DNA of 64,000 nucleotides from Candidatus Omnitrophota bacterium (GCA_043819095.1 JBDRFF010000056.1:20076-84075), one strand, 5' to 3'. Shown: positions 47,696 through 56,227, numbered from the stretch's first letter. Notes: generated by a model not told the origin, from the letters alone. Program-made: numbers and translations.

Positions 47696-49753
47696 CTATT
47701 TAATCTTTATAGTTATAACTGTCATATCATCGTGTTGGACTAGTTTTTTTGCGAAATCCTCAACGTCTCCGATGATTTTATTCGTCAATTCTTTTGCAGA
47801 GATGTTTTTATGCTGCTGAATAAATGTTTTCAGCCTGTCTATCTCGTATTCAACCCCAGCTTTATTTATAGCCTCTGTAATCCCATCGGAAAAAAGCACG
47901 AAGATATCCCCCAGTGAGAAACCGGTCTTTTCGGTTGAGAATTCGACTTCAGGCATAAGGCCAATGGGCATTGATTTTTCTTCTGACATAAGTTTAAATT
48001 TATCTTCGTTCTGATTAATACATAATATAGAATGGTGACCTGCATTACTGAATAATAACTGCCTGGAGTTAAGATCGATTACCAGATATAACAGGGTAAC
48101 GAATAATCCAGAACTGCCTTCGGCTGCCAGGCGCTCATTGATGTGAGAAAGCACCTTGGCAGGATCTTTATGCAAACCGATTGCAGAACGAAGATGCGTA
48201 ATTATCTTAGCCATAAACAAAGCTGCTGGAACGCCCTTTCCGGATACATCGCCGATGGCAATTGCCAATGTATCCTTATCTATAAGGAAAAAATCGTATA
48301 AGTCTCCCCCGACAAATTTAGCCGGCTTATTCTGGCAATAAAAATCTAAGTCTTCAACTTTGGGATAATCCTGCGGAAGCATGCTTTGCTGGATCTGGCT
48401 GGCGATAGTAAGCTCTTTTTTGATAAGTTGGTTTTCAAAACGAGATACAACAAATTGATTCAAAACTACCACCACATAAGTAGTTGCCATCACCAATACA
48501 GGCGCTAAAATACCAATCCATATACCTTTTAAGGCAAAAAGTAAAAAACATCCCAAAACATAAACAATCACAATAGCGATAGTGATAAGAAATGACATTA
48601 AAGGATGGAAGCGCGGAATCATGATCCCGATTCCAAGCGCAAGAAACAAGATTACAAAAGCAAAGATAAATCTGTTTGCCCTTACTATAAAATCCCTGTC
48701 CAAAATATTATTAATTACATTGGCGTGGATTCCTGCTCCGGGAAAAATCTCAGAAAAAGGTGTTGCCCTTGTATCAGATGTTCCGGTGGCGCTTAGACCA
48801 ACAAGTATAATTTTATCGTTAAAATCACTTAGATTAATTATCGGTGCTTCATAATTCTTAATCTGATCATATGCAAGGATTACTTGAGAAAAAGATTTTC
48901 TGGGTAAATTTTCGAATTTTCCGGCATAATTTATTAACATCCATCCTCTTTTATCAATAGGGATCTTAACTAAAACTTTTGAGTCTTTAGTCAGAATGAC
49001 AAAGGAAGGTTTTACTTTTATATCTTTTATGCTGATACCGAGGTATTGCGCAATTATAACTAAATCAAATGACGGATAAAGCCGGCCTTCAAATTCCAGG
49101 ACCAAAGGAATCCTTCTCACAACGCCATCGGGATCAGCCGGAACATTAACATGGCCGATGCCTGAACATGACTTAGCTAATAAGGGTATAGGGCAATACG
49201 CATCAATAGATTTTAAGAATTTGTCTTTGGGTTTAATGCGATAATCTAAGGAAAGCTTCTCTTGCATTTCAGGCGGGATTTTCTTAGGCTGTTTTATCTG
49301 ACTGGCTTCGTCCTTGGAAATCACGAAATAGCCGGGAAAGATAACCGAATCAAGATCTTGGGTCTTTCTAGCCAAGGCAATATCGTCCTCAGGATGCTCT
49401 ATATCCGACTCGCTAAAAAGCACATCGTAGCCGATTACCTTGGGATTGTATTCTGATAAGATCTGTAAAAATGATGCATGGTATCCTCGCGGCCAGGGCC
49501 AGCGACCGAAATTATCAATACTTGTATCATCGATCTCGACAACTTCAATCGCAGGATTTATTTTTCTCTCTCCCCGCAGCCGCATAGCTGAGTCGAAGAT
49601 CTTTCTCTCAAAAGTCTCTGCGAAAGAACTTAAAGATAAAACAAATATTAAAACGCTTAAACCCAGCGCCCAGTAGATCCCGAAAACCCTAGGTTTAGTC
49701 TTGGGACGACGCTTATTTGCTTTTGACTTAAAAAGCCGCTTAATTCGCATCAT
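47696..49753 (-). CDS. CHASE2 sensor / PP2C (SpoIIE-type) serine phosphatase
   Basis: 685 aa. N-terminal TM plus a periplasmic CHASE2-like domain (VEIDDTSI...GRWPWPR), 3-4 TM segments, and a C-terminal GDVSGKGVPAALFM...SDGITEA PP2C domain. Confidence 0.82.
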   Translation of the reverse strand: MMRIKRLFKSKANKRRPKTKPRVFGIYWALGLSVLIFVLSLSSFAETFERKIFDSAMRLRGERKINPAIEVVEIDDTSIDNFGRWPWPRGYHASFLQILSEYNPKVIGYDVLFSESDIEHPEDDIALARKTQDLDSVIFPGYFVISKDEASQIKQPKKIPPEMQEKLSLDYRIKPKDKFLKSIDAYCPIPLLAKSCSGIGHVNVPADPDGVVRRIPLVLEFEGRLYPSFDLVIIAQYLGISIKDIKVKPSFVILTKDSKVLVKIPIDKRGWMLINYAGKFENLPRKSFSQVILAYDQIKNYEAPIINLSDFNDKIILVGLSATGTSDTRATPFSEIFPGAGIHANVINNILDRDFIVRANRFIFAFVILFLALGIGIMIPRFHPLMSFLITIAIVIVYVLGCFLLFALKGIWIGILAPVLVMATTYVVVVLNQFVVSRFENQLIKKELTIASQIQQSMLPQDYPKVEDLDFYCQNKPAKFVGGDLYDFFLIDKDTLAIAIGDVSGKGVPAALFMAKIITHLRSAIGLHKDPAKVLSHINERLAAEGSSGLFVTLLYLVIDLNSRQLLFSNAGHHSILCINQNEDKFKLMSEEKSMPIGLMPEVEFSTEKTGFSLGDIFVLFSDGITEAINKAGVEYEIDRLKTFIQQHKNISAKELTNKIIGDVEDFAKKLVQHDDMTVITIKIK

Positions 49754-49799
49754 TCTATAATAGAAATATTTTTGAAGCGTAATGACTTATCAATATTAT

Positions 49800-50444
49800 T
49801 TATCTACTGAAGCCGGTTACGCTGCCTGATCTTTGTCCCGAGGAAGGAATACAAGGATTGGATATTGTTCCGTCTCTATAAGAAGATGAGGTCTCGCCGC
49901 CTTTTACGACTACCTTCATTCCAGATAATTTATTCATGAAATCCACAAGACCTTCTTCAACCAGAAGCTTAGAAAGCTCCGAGCTTGCCTCTATATATAT
50001 AATCGTCCCTCTTGCTGCTGCGACGGCGGTGGGAGTATGGATTTCAAAAACGGAATCGCCTTTTAGTCCTTCTACCTTGGCGCGCAATTTTCCCAAATTC
50101 ATATCTAGTATGTTCTCATATTCACCTGTATCTAAATTCTGAACGAATTTCTTAATCAGCAAGTTAGAATTTTCTTTTAAAGTTATAACATTCCCATTAT
50201 CAAGGGTAATCTGCACCCATCCGTCATCTTTAGTCCTTACGCTATCTCCCACAAACAAAGATTGATTAACCGTAGCGGTCGCAAAAATCAGTTTTCCGCG
50301 AGGACGCACCTCTGCGGCCCCTTCAAGCTTACTTATTATTCCGGCTTTATTGGTTTTTTGGGCATAGATTGTCGAAGCGAAACCTATAAGTAAACTAAGA
50401 CAAATCGGCAAAATTAAAATCTTGGTAAATAATCTAATTTTCAT
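49800..50444 (-). CDS. secreted FecR-domain protein
   Basis: 214 aa. Signal peptide, then a GDSVRTKDDGWVQITLDNGNVITLKENS FecR-like beta region. Confidence 0.68.
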   Translation of the reverse strand: MKIRLFTKILILPICLSLLIGFASTIYAQKTNKAGIISKLEGAAEVRPRGKLIFATATVNQSLFVGDSVRTKDDGWVQITLDNGNVITLKENSNLLIKKFVQNLDTGEYENILDMNLGKLRAKVEGLKGDSVFEIHTPTAVAAARGTIIYIEASSELSKLLVEEGLVDFMNKLSGMKVVVKGGETSSSYRDGTISNPCIPSSGQRSGSVTGFSR

Positions 50445-50515
50445 CCTACAGCCTCCTTTTTTGATTATCCTAATTGTAGTCTTTACCCACCCTTACGTCA
50501 AGGCTTCTTATTTTT

Positions 50516-51289
50516 CTAACCTTTAAATATCTCATGAGCCTTTTTAACCGAGGCATTCTCATGCACGATCGAACGCACGGCTTTAATCATACCTACCGGA
50601 TTCTTGGACTGGAATATATTTCTACCCATATCCACGCCTACAGCGCCTTGGGATATAGCGTCGTAGGCAAGCTTGAGCGCATCCATCTCGGGAATCTTTT
50701 TGCCTCCGGCAATAACCACCGGAACAGGACAGGTTTCTACTACCTTGTTAAAATCTTCACAAAAATAGGTCTTAACAAAATGCGCACCTAATTCAGCAGC
50801 AATCCTACAAGCCAAGGATAAATATCTGGCGTCGCGCGTCATCTCTTTACCGACTGCGGTTACTGCTAAAACCGGAATTCCGTGGTCTTCGGCCTGATCA
50901 ACCAGACCTGCTAGATTTTTTAAGGTTTGATGTTCGTATTTTGAGCCGACATAAATTGAAAGCGCCACTGCCGCAACATTTAAGCGAACGGCATCTTTCA
51001 TGGAGACAGTAATCGTTTCGTTAGAAAGATCTTCTCCCACGATGCTATTGCCACCAGAAACACGTAAAACAATAGGCACAGAACCTGTTGGAACAACCGA
51101 ATTCTTTAAAACTCCTCGCGTAAGCATTAGTGAATCCGCATAGGGCAAAAGCGGCTCAATAGTCCTACCCGGCTTTTCTAATCCTAAAGTTGGCCCTAAA
51201 AAATATCCGTGATCAACTGCAAGCATTACTGTTTTTCCGGTTTTAGGTTTTATTATTCTCGATAAACGATCCTTCATTCCCCAATCCAT
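50516..51289 (-). CDS. class I aldolase, DhnA/FbaB/LsrF family
   Basis: The track start, TTG 51316, overlaps the upstream gene. ATG 51289 follows SD aaggggg. Contains MLAVDHG and AHFVKTYF (candidate Schiff-base Lys). Confidence 0.72.
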   Translation of the reverse strand: MDWGMKDRLSRIIKPKTGKTVMLAVDHGYFLGPTLGLEKPGRTIEPLLPYADSLMLTRGVLKNSVVPTGSVPIVLRVSGGNSIVGEDLSNETITVSMKDAVRLNVAAVALSIYVGSKYEHQTLKNLAGLVDQAEDHGIPVLAVTAVGKEMTRDARYLSLACRIAAELGAHFVKTYFCEDFNKVVETCPVPVVIAGGKKIPEMDALKLAYDAISQGAVGVDMGRNIFQSKNPVGMIKAVRSIVHENASVKKAHEIFKG

Positions 51290-51299
51290 ATAACCCCCT

Positions 51300-52328
51300 T
51301 TATTTTTGTGGTTCAATAATTACCTTTATAGAATCTCTTGCTGCAGATACAAGCTTAAATCCTTTTTGCGTATCGGCAAGTTTTAACCTGTGCGTGATCA
51401 TGTCGCGGACATTGATTTTACCAGAAGCAATCAAATCCAACGCCTCCATATGCTCTTTGGGACTAGCTGCGTATGAAGATAAAAGGCTCACCTCGTTTCG
51501 CCAGAAAAGTTTATTTACATCAAAAGAAATCTTCACGCCTTCGTCAGTTGCGGCAAAAACTAAGACCGCTCCTCCCTGTTCAACCGATTCTAATGCCTGT
51601 TTTATCGCGTTTTTTGCGCCAGTGCATAAAATAACCAGATCTGCCAATCGGCCGTCGTTAAGCTTGCGTAAGCTCTCACAAGAATATTCTTTTGCATTGA
51701 TTATCTCATCTGCCCCAAATTTTTTTGCTTGCTTAAGTCGAAAATCTATAATATCGGTTGCAATGATCTTACTTGCCTTATTGACCTTAGCCATCTGTAT
51801 ATGTAACAAACCCGAGATGCCGCTTCCTATAACCAAAACGCTTTTTCCCGGTTTCATCGCAGCTAATCTCTGTCCGCGCAAAACACAGGCTAAGGGTTCA
51901 GTAAAAGTCGCCTCTTCATAAGAAACATTTTTAGGAATTAAATAAACTCCTTTTTTAACGTTGATCTTCGGTAATTTTACGAATTCTGAAAATCCGCCGG
52001 GTGAGAAATTTGTCTTCCTCAAAGTCTCGCACACAGTCGAATGACCGTTTAGGCAATAATGGCAACTTCCGCAGGGAACGTGATGCGAAACAGTAATCCT
52101 CTGTCCGACTTTGTATTTTTTAATATCATCTCCGACCTCAATAATCTCACCGGCAATCTCATGTCCTAATACCAATGGCACTTTATGCCTTCGATACCAA
52201 AACATTACATCGGAACCACAAATGCCGCTTGCTTGGACTTTTACCAAAAGTTCTCCGGAAGAGACTTGCGGCTGAGGCATCTCTTCTAAACGGACATCAT
52301 CGTTATTGTAATACATCGCAACGCGCAT
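51300..52328 (-). CDS. zinc-dependent alcohol/polyol dehydrogenase (MDR family)
   Basis: 342 aa. Contains GICGSD, GHEIAGE, the structural-Zn cysteines CGSCHYCLNGHSTVC, and VIGSGISG. Confidence 0.85.
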   Translation of the reverse strand: MRVAMYYNNDDVRLEEMPQPQVSSGELLVKVQASGICGSDVMFWYRRHKVPLVLGHEIAGEIIEVGDDIKKYKVGQRITVSHHVPCGSCHYCLNGHSTVCETLRKTNFSPGGFSEFVKLPKINVKKGVYLIPKNVSYEEATFTEPLACVLRGQRLAAMKPGKSVLVIGSGISGLLHIQMAKVNKASKIIATDIIDFRLKQAKKFGADEIINAKEYSCESLRKLNDGRLADLVILCTGAKNAIKQALESVEQGGAVLVFAATDEGVKISFDVNKLFWRNEVSLLSSYAASPKEHMEALDLIASGKINVRDMITHRLKLADTQKGFKLVSAARDSIKVIIEPQK

Positions 52329-52355
52329 AAATCCCTCAAAAAGATAAGTGTTATA

Positions 52356-52384
52356 ATTTTACTACAATTAAAACAATGCTGCAA
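52356..52384 (-). promoter_or_regulatory. candidate sigma-70 promoter of the dehydrogenase-aldolase pair
   Basis: On the minus strand: TTGCAG (52384-79), a 17-nt spacer, TAAAAT (52361-56). Confidence 0.4.
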
Positions 52385-52390
52385 TATAAT

Positions 52391-53254
52391 TTACTCGGCG
52401 ATACTATTTCTCTGTGTTGAAGAATAAAACTTCCTGCCGTCGGTTTTTACTACGATTGAGCCGGCTTCATCAGTTCTCAGAATAGGGATCTTTAGCTTTT
52501 TATAATCATCCAGGACATCTTCGGATGGTGCCGACCATTCTGATGGCCCCACTGATATTATTGCTAACTTTGGTTTTATGGTACGGATAAATTCCTCAGA
52601 CCCTGCCTTCCCATGCCAAGGAACTTTCAGAATATTGCTTCTTAGTTTCTTTCCGTAAGATTCTACGAGCTCGTTACAGATTTCTGGCCCGATATCTGCA
52701 GCAAATAGAAAACTTACCCTTTTATAGGTTAATTTGATAACTACGGAAGAATCGTTAGGTAAATCTTTGAGTTTATCCGGATGTAAAATCTCTATTCTCA
52801 CAGTATCAAATCTATCTATTCGGTCTCCTCTTCGTAACACTTTTAATTCAACTTCCTTCTTCTTTCTTTTAATTGCTCTAAAAAAGGTGGTATAATTTCT
52901 ATTTTTTGATATATCTTCATTTGAAATTACTGTATCGATTTCATATATGCGTGCAATGGCAGGAAGGCCACCCAGATGATCCTCATGAGCATGCGTAGCT
53001 ACGATAATATCTAATTTATCTATTTCCCTCTCATTCAAATATTTAATTACCTTGCGGACATTTCTCCTAGCTCCTCCATCAATCAACATATTCCCACCAT
53101 CAGGAAACTCAATTAATATGCTATCGCCGTAACCCACATCAATAAAATGGACTGATAAATCTTTATTCGAGCAATCAAGCGAAGATGAGCTAATATGTAT
53201 CGCTATTAAAAATGAGGATAAAAAAATCCAGATTTTTATACCTGGTTTAATCAT
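52391..53254 (-). CDS. secreted MBL-fold metallo-hydrolase (ComEC C-terminal-domain-like)
   Basis: 287 aa. Signal or anchor sequence, the ATHAHEDHLGG metallo-beta-lactamase motif, and VPWHGK. Confidence 0.78.
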   Translation of the reverse strand: MIKPGIKIWIFLSSFLIAIHISSSSLDCSNKDLSVHFIDVGYGDSILIEFPDGGNMLIDGGARRNVRKVIKYLNEREIDKLDIIVATHAHEDHLGGLPAIARIYEIDTVISNEDISKNRNYTTFFRAIKRKKKEVELKVLRRGDRIDRFDTVRIEILHPDKLKDLPNDSSVVIKLTYKRVSFLFAADIGPEICNELVESYGKKLRSNILKVPWHGKAGSEEFIRTIKPKLAIISVGPSEWSAPSEDVLDDYKKLKIPILRTDEAGSIVVKTDGRKFYSSTQRNSIAE

Positions 53255-53267
53255 CTTAAATCCGGCT

Positions 53268-53864
53268 CTAGATTTCTCGTCTCGATTCCAAGGATAATGC
53301 CAATGTCGTCGAATCTATGTAATCTAAGTTGCTTCCTACTGGAATCCCTAAACCGATACGCGTTACTTTTATTCCTAAAGGCTTGATGAGTTTATTTAAA
53401 TACAGGGCGGTTGTCTCGCCTTCCGTGTCAGAATCCGTAGCAATGATCAATTCTTTTATATTTTCTTTTTTTACCCTACTCACTAGATCCTCTATCTTCA
53501 AATCCTCAGGACCTCTGCCGTCTAATGGCGAGATCGAACCCATCAAGACATGATAAAGACCTTTGAAACTCGCTGTTTTCTCGATCGCGATGACATCTTT
53601 CGGTTCTTCAACAACGCAAATCGTAGATTTATCTCTACTTGAATTCTGACAGATGCTACAGATCTCTGTCTCGGTCAAATTATTGCAGATTTTACATAAT
53701 TTAATATTCTGTTTTGCGTTTATAATCGCTCCAGCCAATGCCTTTGCTTCCTTATCGGATGACTCCAAAATACATATGGCTATCCTCTCTGCGCTGCGCC
53801 TTCCGATTCCCGGAAGATTTATTAATCTTGAAATTAATTCCTCTAATGATTTTGTGTAATTCAT
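53268..53864 (-). CDS. recR: recombination protein RecR
   Basis: 198 aa. Contains an HhH LPGIGRRSAERI, the zinc finger CKICNNLTETEICSIC, and a Toprim domain. Confidence 0.93.
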   Translation of the reverse strand: MNYTKSLEELISRLINLPGIGRRSAERIAICILESSDKEAKALAGAIINAKQNIKLCKICNNLTETEICSICQNSSRDKSTICVVEEPKDVIAIEKTASFKGLYHVLMGSISPLDGRGPEDLKIEDLVSRVKKENIKELIIATDSDTEGETTALYLNKLIKPLGIKVTRIGLGIPVGSNLDYIDSTTLALSLESRREI

Positions 53865-53872
53865 AAAAACTT

Positions 53873-55501
53873 TTAATCTTTTTTGTGCCAGTGGTTGATT
53901 ACTCTTCCCTTAAACGCATCCATGGTCGATTTAATCAAACGGCTATTTTGTGAACCAGCCTGCTGATTATCTAAAGTAGTCTCAAATTTTAGTCTAATGT
54001 CCTTATCAATAAGCTGTCTAAGGTTTTCCTCAATTAATTCTTTATTACTTTGCTTCTCTAAAAGTTCTTTATGCAGATTTGATTCTCTAGAAAAAGCTAT
54101 TGTTAGGCTGTTTCCGTCGAATTTAGTCAGCTCTCCTTCCTGCAAGAAAGTAGCCACGGACATTTTTATCTTGCTTAACCTTTTAATCAATTCAGACCAT
54201 TTTCCCTTTATTTCCTGGAATGTAACGTCTGAAAACATATGGACGCCTTCGGAAGGATTGTTCTTCTCCTGCGATGAAAAAGTCTCAGCCGCAGGATCAC
54301 TCTGTTTATCAGCTTTGCCTGGATTATGTTTAATTATCGGACTGTCTTCTTTAAGGCTTCTCTGGGGATTTTGTTTAATAGGGTTTATTTTAGCTTGCGC
54401 TCCCGGATTTGAACCTGCAGAAGTCAATTTCGCTATTGCCATCTCTAAAGGAATATGCAATGAATCAATTTTTCTTGCTACCTCTTGAGTCGTTACTAAA
54501 ATATCAATGGAATTGATTAAATCTTTAATAGAAAACTGCTGCGACTGCTCTAGAACCTTATCTTTTATTTCGGGTGGCAAATCCAATAGAGACTCGAGGC
54601 TCTTTCCACCGATTCTAGCAATCATCAGATTTCTGAAATGTTCGATCAGTCCCGAGATAAATCCCCGCGTATCCTTACCTTCGTTTATAAGCGTATCGAT
54701 TAATTTTATTGCCCCGACTGTATCTTTCTTATAAATTTTATCCGTGATGTCAAAAAGATAATCTTCCTCAACCATGCCTAAGACATCAGTTACGTCGGAT
54801 AACCTGATTTTATCTTTCGAGAACGCACTTAACTGATCTAATATTGATTCGGCATCGCGCATGCTGCCAGCTGCGGCTTTGGCAATAGCAAAAAATGCAT
54901 CCTTATCGACATTTAGTTTTTCTGCTTGGGAAATCATATCAAGTTTTTCAATTATCTTTGTAATAGGAATCTTACGGAAATCAAATCTCTGGCAGCGCGA
55001 TAAAATTGTGGGAATGACTTTATCCGGACGGGTTGTAGCAAAGATAAATTTTACATGTTCTGGCGGCTCTTCAAGTGTCTTAAGAAGCGCATTGAACGCC
55101 TCTGTAGTCAACATGTGAACTTCATCAATAATATAAATCTTATATTTTCCGAAACTTGGCGAGAACTTAACGTTTTCCCTTAATGACCTAATCTCATCTA
55201 TGCCTCTATTGGAAGCCCCGTCAATCTCGATTACGTCAAAGTTTCTGGATTCTTTTATCTCTTTGCAACTCGTGCATTTCTCGCAAGGGTTAAGCGTAGG
55301 ACCTTTCTGACAATTTAAAGATTTGGCCAGAATTCTTGCGCAGGATGTTTTGCCAATTCCTCGAGGACCGGAAAACAGATAAGCGTGGGCAATGCGATCT
55401 TGCTTAATTGCGTTCTTTAAAGTATTGGTTATATGATCTTGACCAATAACCTCTTCAAAATTTTTCGGTCGCCATTTACGTGCAAATACAATATATGACA
55501 T
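53873..55501 (-). CDS. dnaX: DNA polymerase III subunit gamma/tau
   Basis: 542 aa. Contains FARKWRPKNFEEVIGQ, GPRGIGKTS, the zinc module CQKGPTLNPCEKCTSC, and IIDEVHMLT. Confidence 0.93.
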   Translation of the reverse strand: MSYIVFARKWRPKNFEEVIGQDHITNTLKNAIKQDRIAHAYLFSGPRGIGKTSCARILAKSLNCQKGPTLNPCEKCTSCKEIKESRNFDVIEIDGASNRGIDEIRSLRENVKFSPSFGKYKIYIIDEVHMLTTEAFNALLKTLEEPPEHVKFIFATTRPDKVIPTILSRCQRFDFRKIPITKIIEKLDMISQAEKLNVDKDAFFAIAKAAAGSMRDAESILDQLSAFSKDKIRLSDVTDVLGMVEEDYLFDITDKIYKKDTVGAIKLIDTLINEGKDTRGFISGLIEHFRNLMIARIGGKSLESLLDLPPEIKDKVLEQSQQFSIKDLINSIDILVTTQEVARKIDSLHIPLEMAIAKLTSAGSNPGAQAKINPIKQNPQRSLKEDSPIIKHNPGKADKQSDPAAETFSSQEKNNPSEGVHMFSDVTFQEIKGKWSELIKRLSKIKMSVATFLQEGELTKFDGNSLTIAFSRESNLHKELLEKQSNKELIEENLRQLIDKDIRLKFETTLDNQQAGSQNSRLIKSTMDAFKGRVINHWHKKD

Positions 55502-55530
55502 AAAAATTGAACTCTCTTCTAATATATTTT

Positions 55531-55617
55531 ATCGGTACCGCAATACATTCCTGTCTGCCGACAGGCAGGCAGGATTTCGGCATCCGCCAGGCGAACCCAT
55601 CGATACATCGCTTCCCC
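55531..55617 (-). other. GC-rich structured non-coding segment in the dnaX leader
   Basis: Much more GC-rich than other intergenic DNA here. Hairpins are cctgtc-tgcc-gacagg (55550-65) and ggat-ttcggc-atcc (55572-85). A candidate promoter TTGACG-18-GATAGT lies at 55660..55631. Confidence 0.3.
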
Positions 55618-55680
55618 ACAATAAAGATATACTATCAAAATATAGATAAAAAACCGTCAAATAAAGCCAGTCTTGAATTT

Positions 55681-55950
55681 TTATTTTTTAACTTTTTCTT
55701 TGGGAATCAATTTAATAGTGAAAGCATCTATAAACATAACTATAACCCACCAAAGATAAAATAAAGGATTCACCAAGAGACGGGGCAAAAAGAAAATAGG
55801 GATCATCAACAAAGCAGAAATAATCCAACCCTGTAAACACAAGTTTCTGCCCCATTCTTTTCCGCATGCATTGCATTTTACAAATGACCACTTGGAAATA
55901 AGCCAAACCTTCATCGGAAATATAGACTTGCCGCAATTAGGACATTTCAT
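55681..55950 (-). CDS. zinc-ribbon membrane protein
   Basis: 89 aa. CPNCG...CNACG is followed by two hydrophobic segments. Confidence 0.5.
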   Translation of the reverse strand: MKCPNCGKSIFPMKVWLISKWSFVKCNACGKEWGRNLCLQGWIISALLMIPIFFLPRLLVNPLFYLWWVIVMFIDAFTIKLIPKEKVKK

Positions 55951-55980
55951 TCTGTCTTCTTTCTATTACTTTGTTTTATA

Positions 55981-56001
55981 GTTCGAATCCCCGACAACTC
56001 A
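55981..56001 (+). other. isolated tRNA 3'-end-like fragment
   Basis: gttcgaatccccgacaactca reads as a T-loop plus a T-stem 3' half plus an acceptor-like tail. No complementary 5' half lies upstream. Confidence 0.2.
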
Positions 56002-56046
56002 AACCAAAAATTACTACGGCCTCCGTCGGAGGGTTCACTCAAAATC

Positions 56047-56139
56047 TGGCGGAGAGACTGGGATTTGAACCCAGGAGTCCGCTTATGGCAGACCAATCGC
56101 TTAGCAGGCGATTGCTTTCGACCGCTCAGCCATCTCTCC
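56047..56139 (-). tRNA. tRNA-Ser(GCU), class II, CCA encoded
   Basis: Hand-folded. Acceptor ggagaga/tctctcc, anticodon stem atcgc/gcgat with loop cuGCUaa, a long variable arm, T-arm cctgg-gttcaaatcc-cag, 3' gcca. Confidence 0.9.
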
Positions 56140-56169
56140 GAAAAATTGTTCTTTTCAAAAATAATAGCA

Positions 56170-56218
56170 ATTTTTCGGATCCCGAGTCCGCCAAAGTTCT
56201 GTGGCGGACGAGAGATCT
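56170..56218 (-). repeat. 49-nt hairpin repeat, copy A
   Basis: atttttcggatcccgagtccgccaaagttctgtggcggacgagagatct matches 58981..59029 at 48 of 49 positions. It lies 9 nt after the tadA stop and upstream of tRNA-Ser(GCU). Confidence 0.85.
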
Positions 56219-56227
56219 CTTTTATTA

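Noticed and set aside
53873-55501. Programmed ribosomal frameshift site in dnaX (gamma/tau)
   Set aside because: The only A-rich heptamer I found (cac aaa aaa gat) is at the extreme 3' end, just before the stop codon. No internal A AAA AAG-type slippery site with a downstream hairpin was seen.
55531-55617. Possible SRP (4.5S/scr) RNA upstream of dnaX, as in Bacillus synteny
   Set aside because: Neither strand contains the conserved helix-8 core (GGAA-type tetraloop flanked by AGG and AGCAGC). The ends also do not pair into a closing helix. I kept it only as an unexplained structured segment.
55712-55936. 74-aa alternative-frame ORF overlapping 55681..55950
   Set aside because: It is on the same strand in a different frame from the zinc-ribbon membrane protein. 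It has no recognisable features, and the zinc-ribbon frame is more coherent (CxxC...CxxC plus TM segments).
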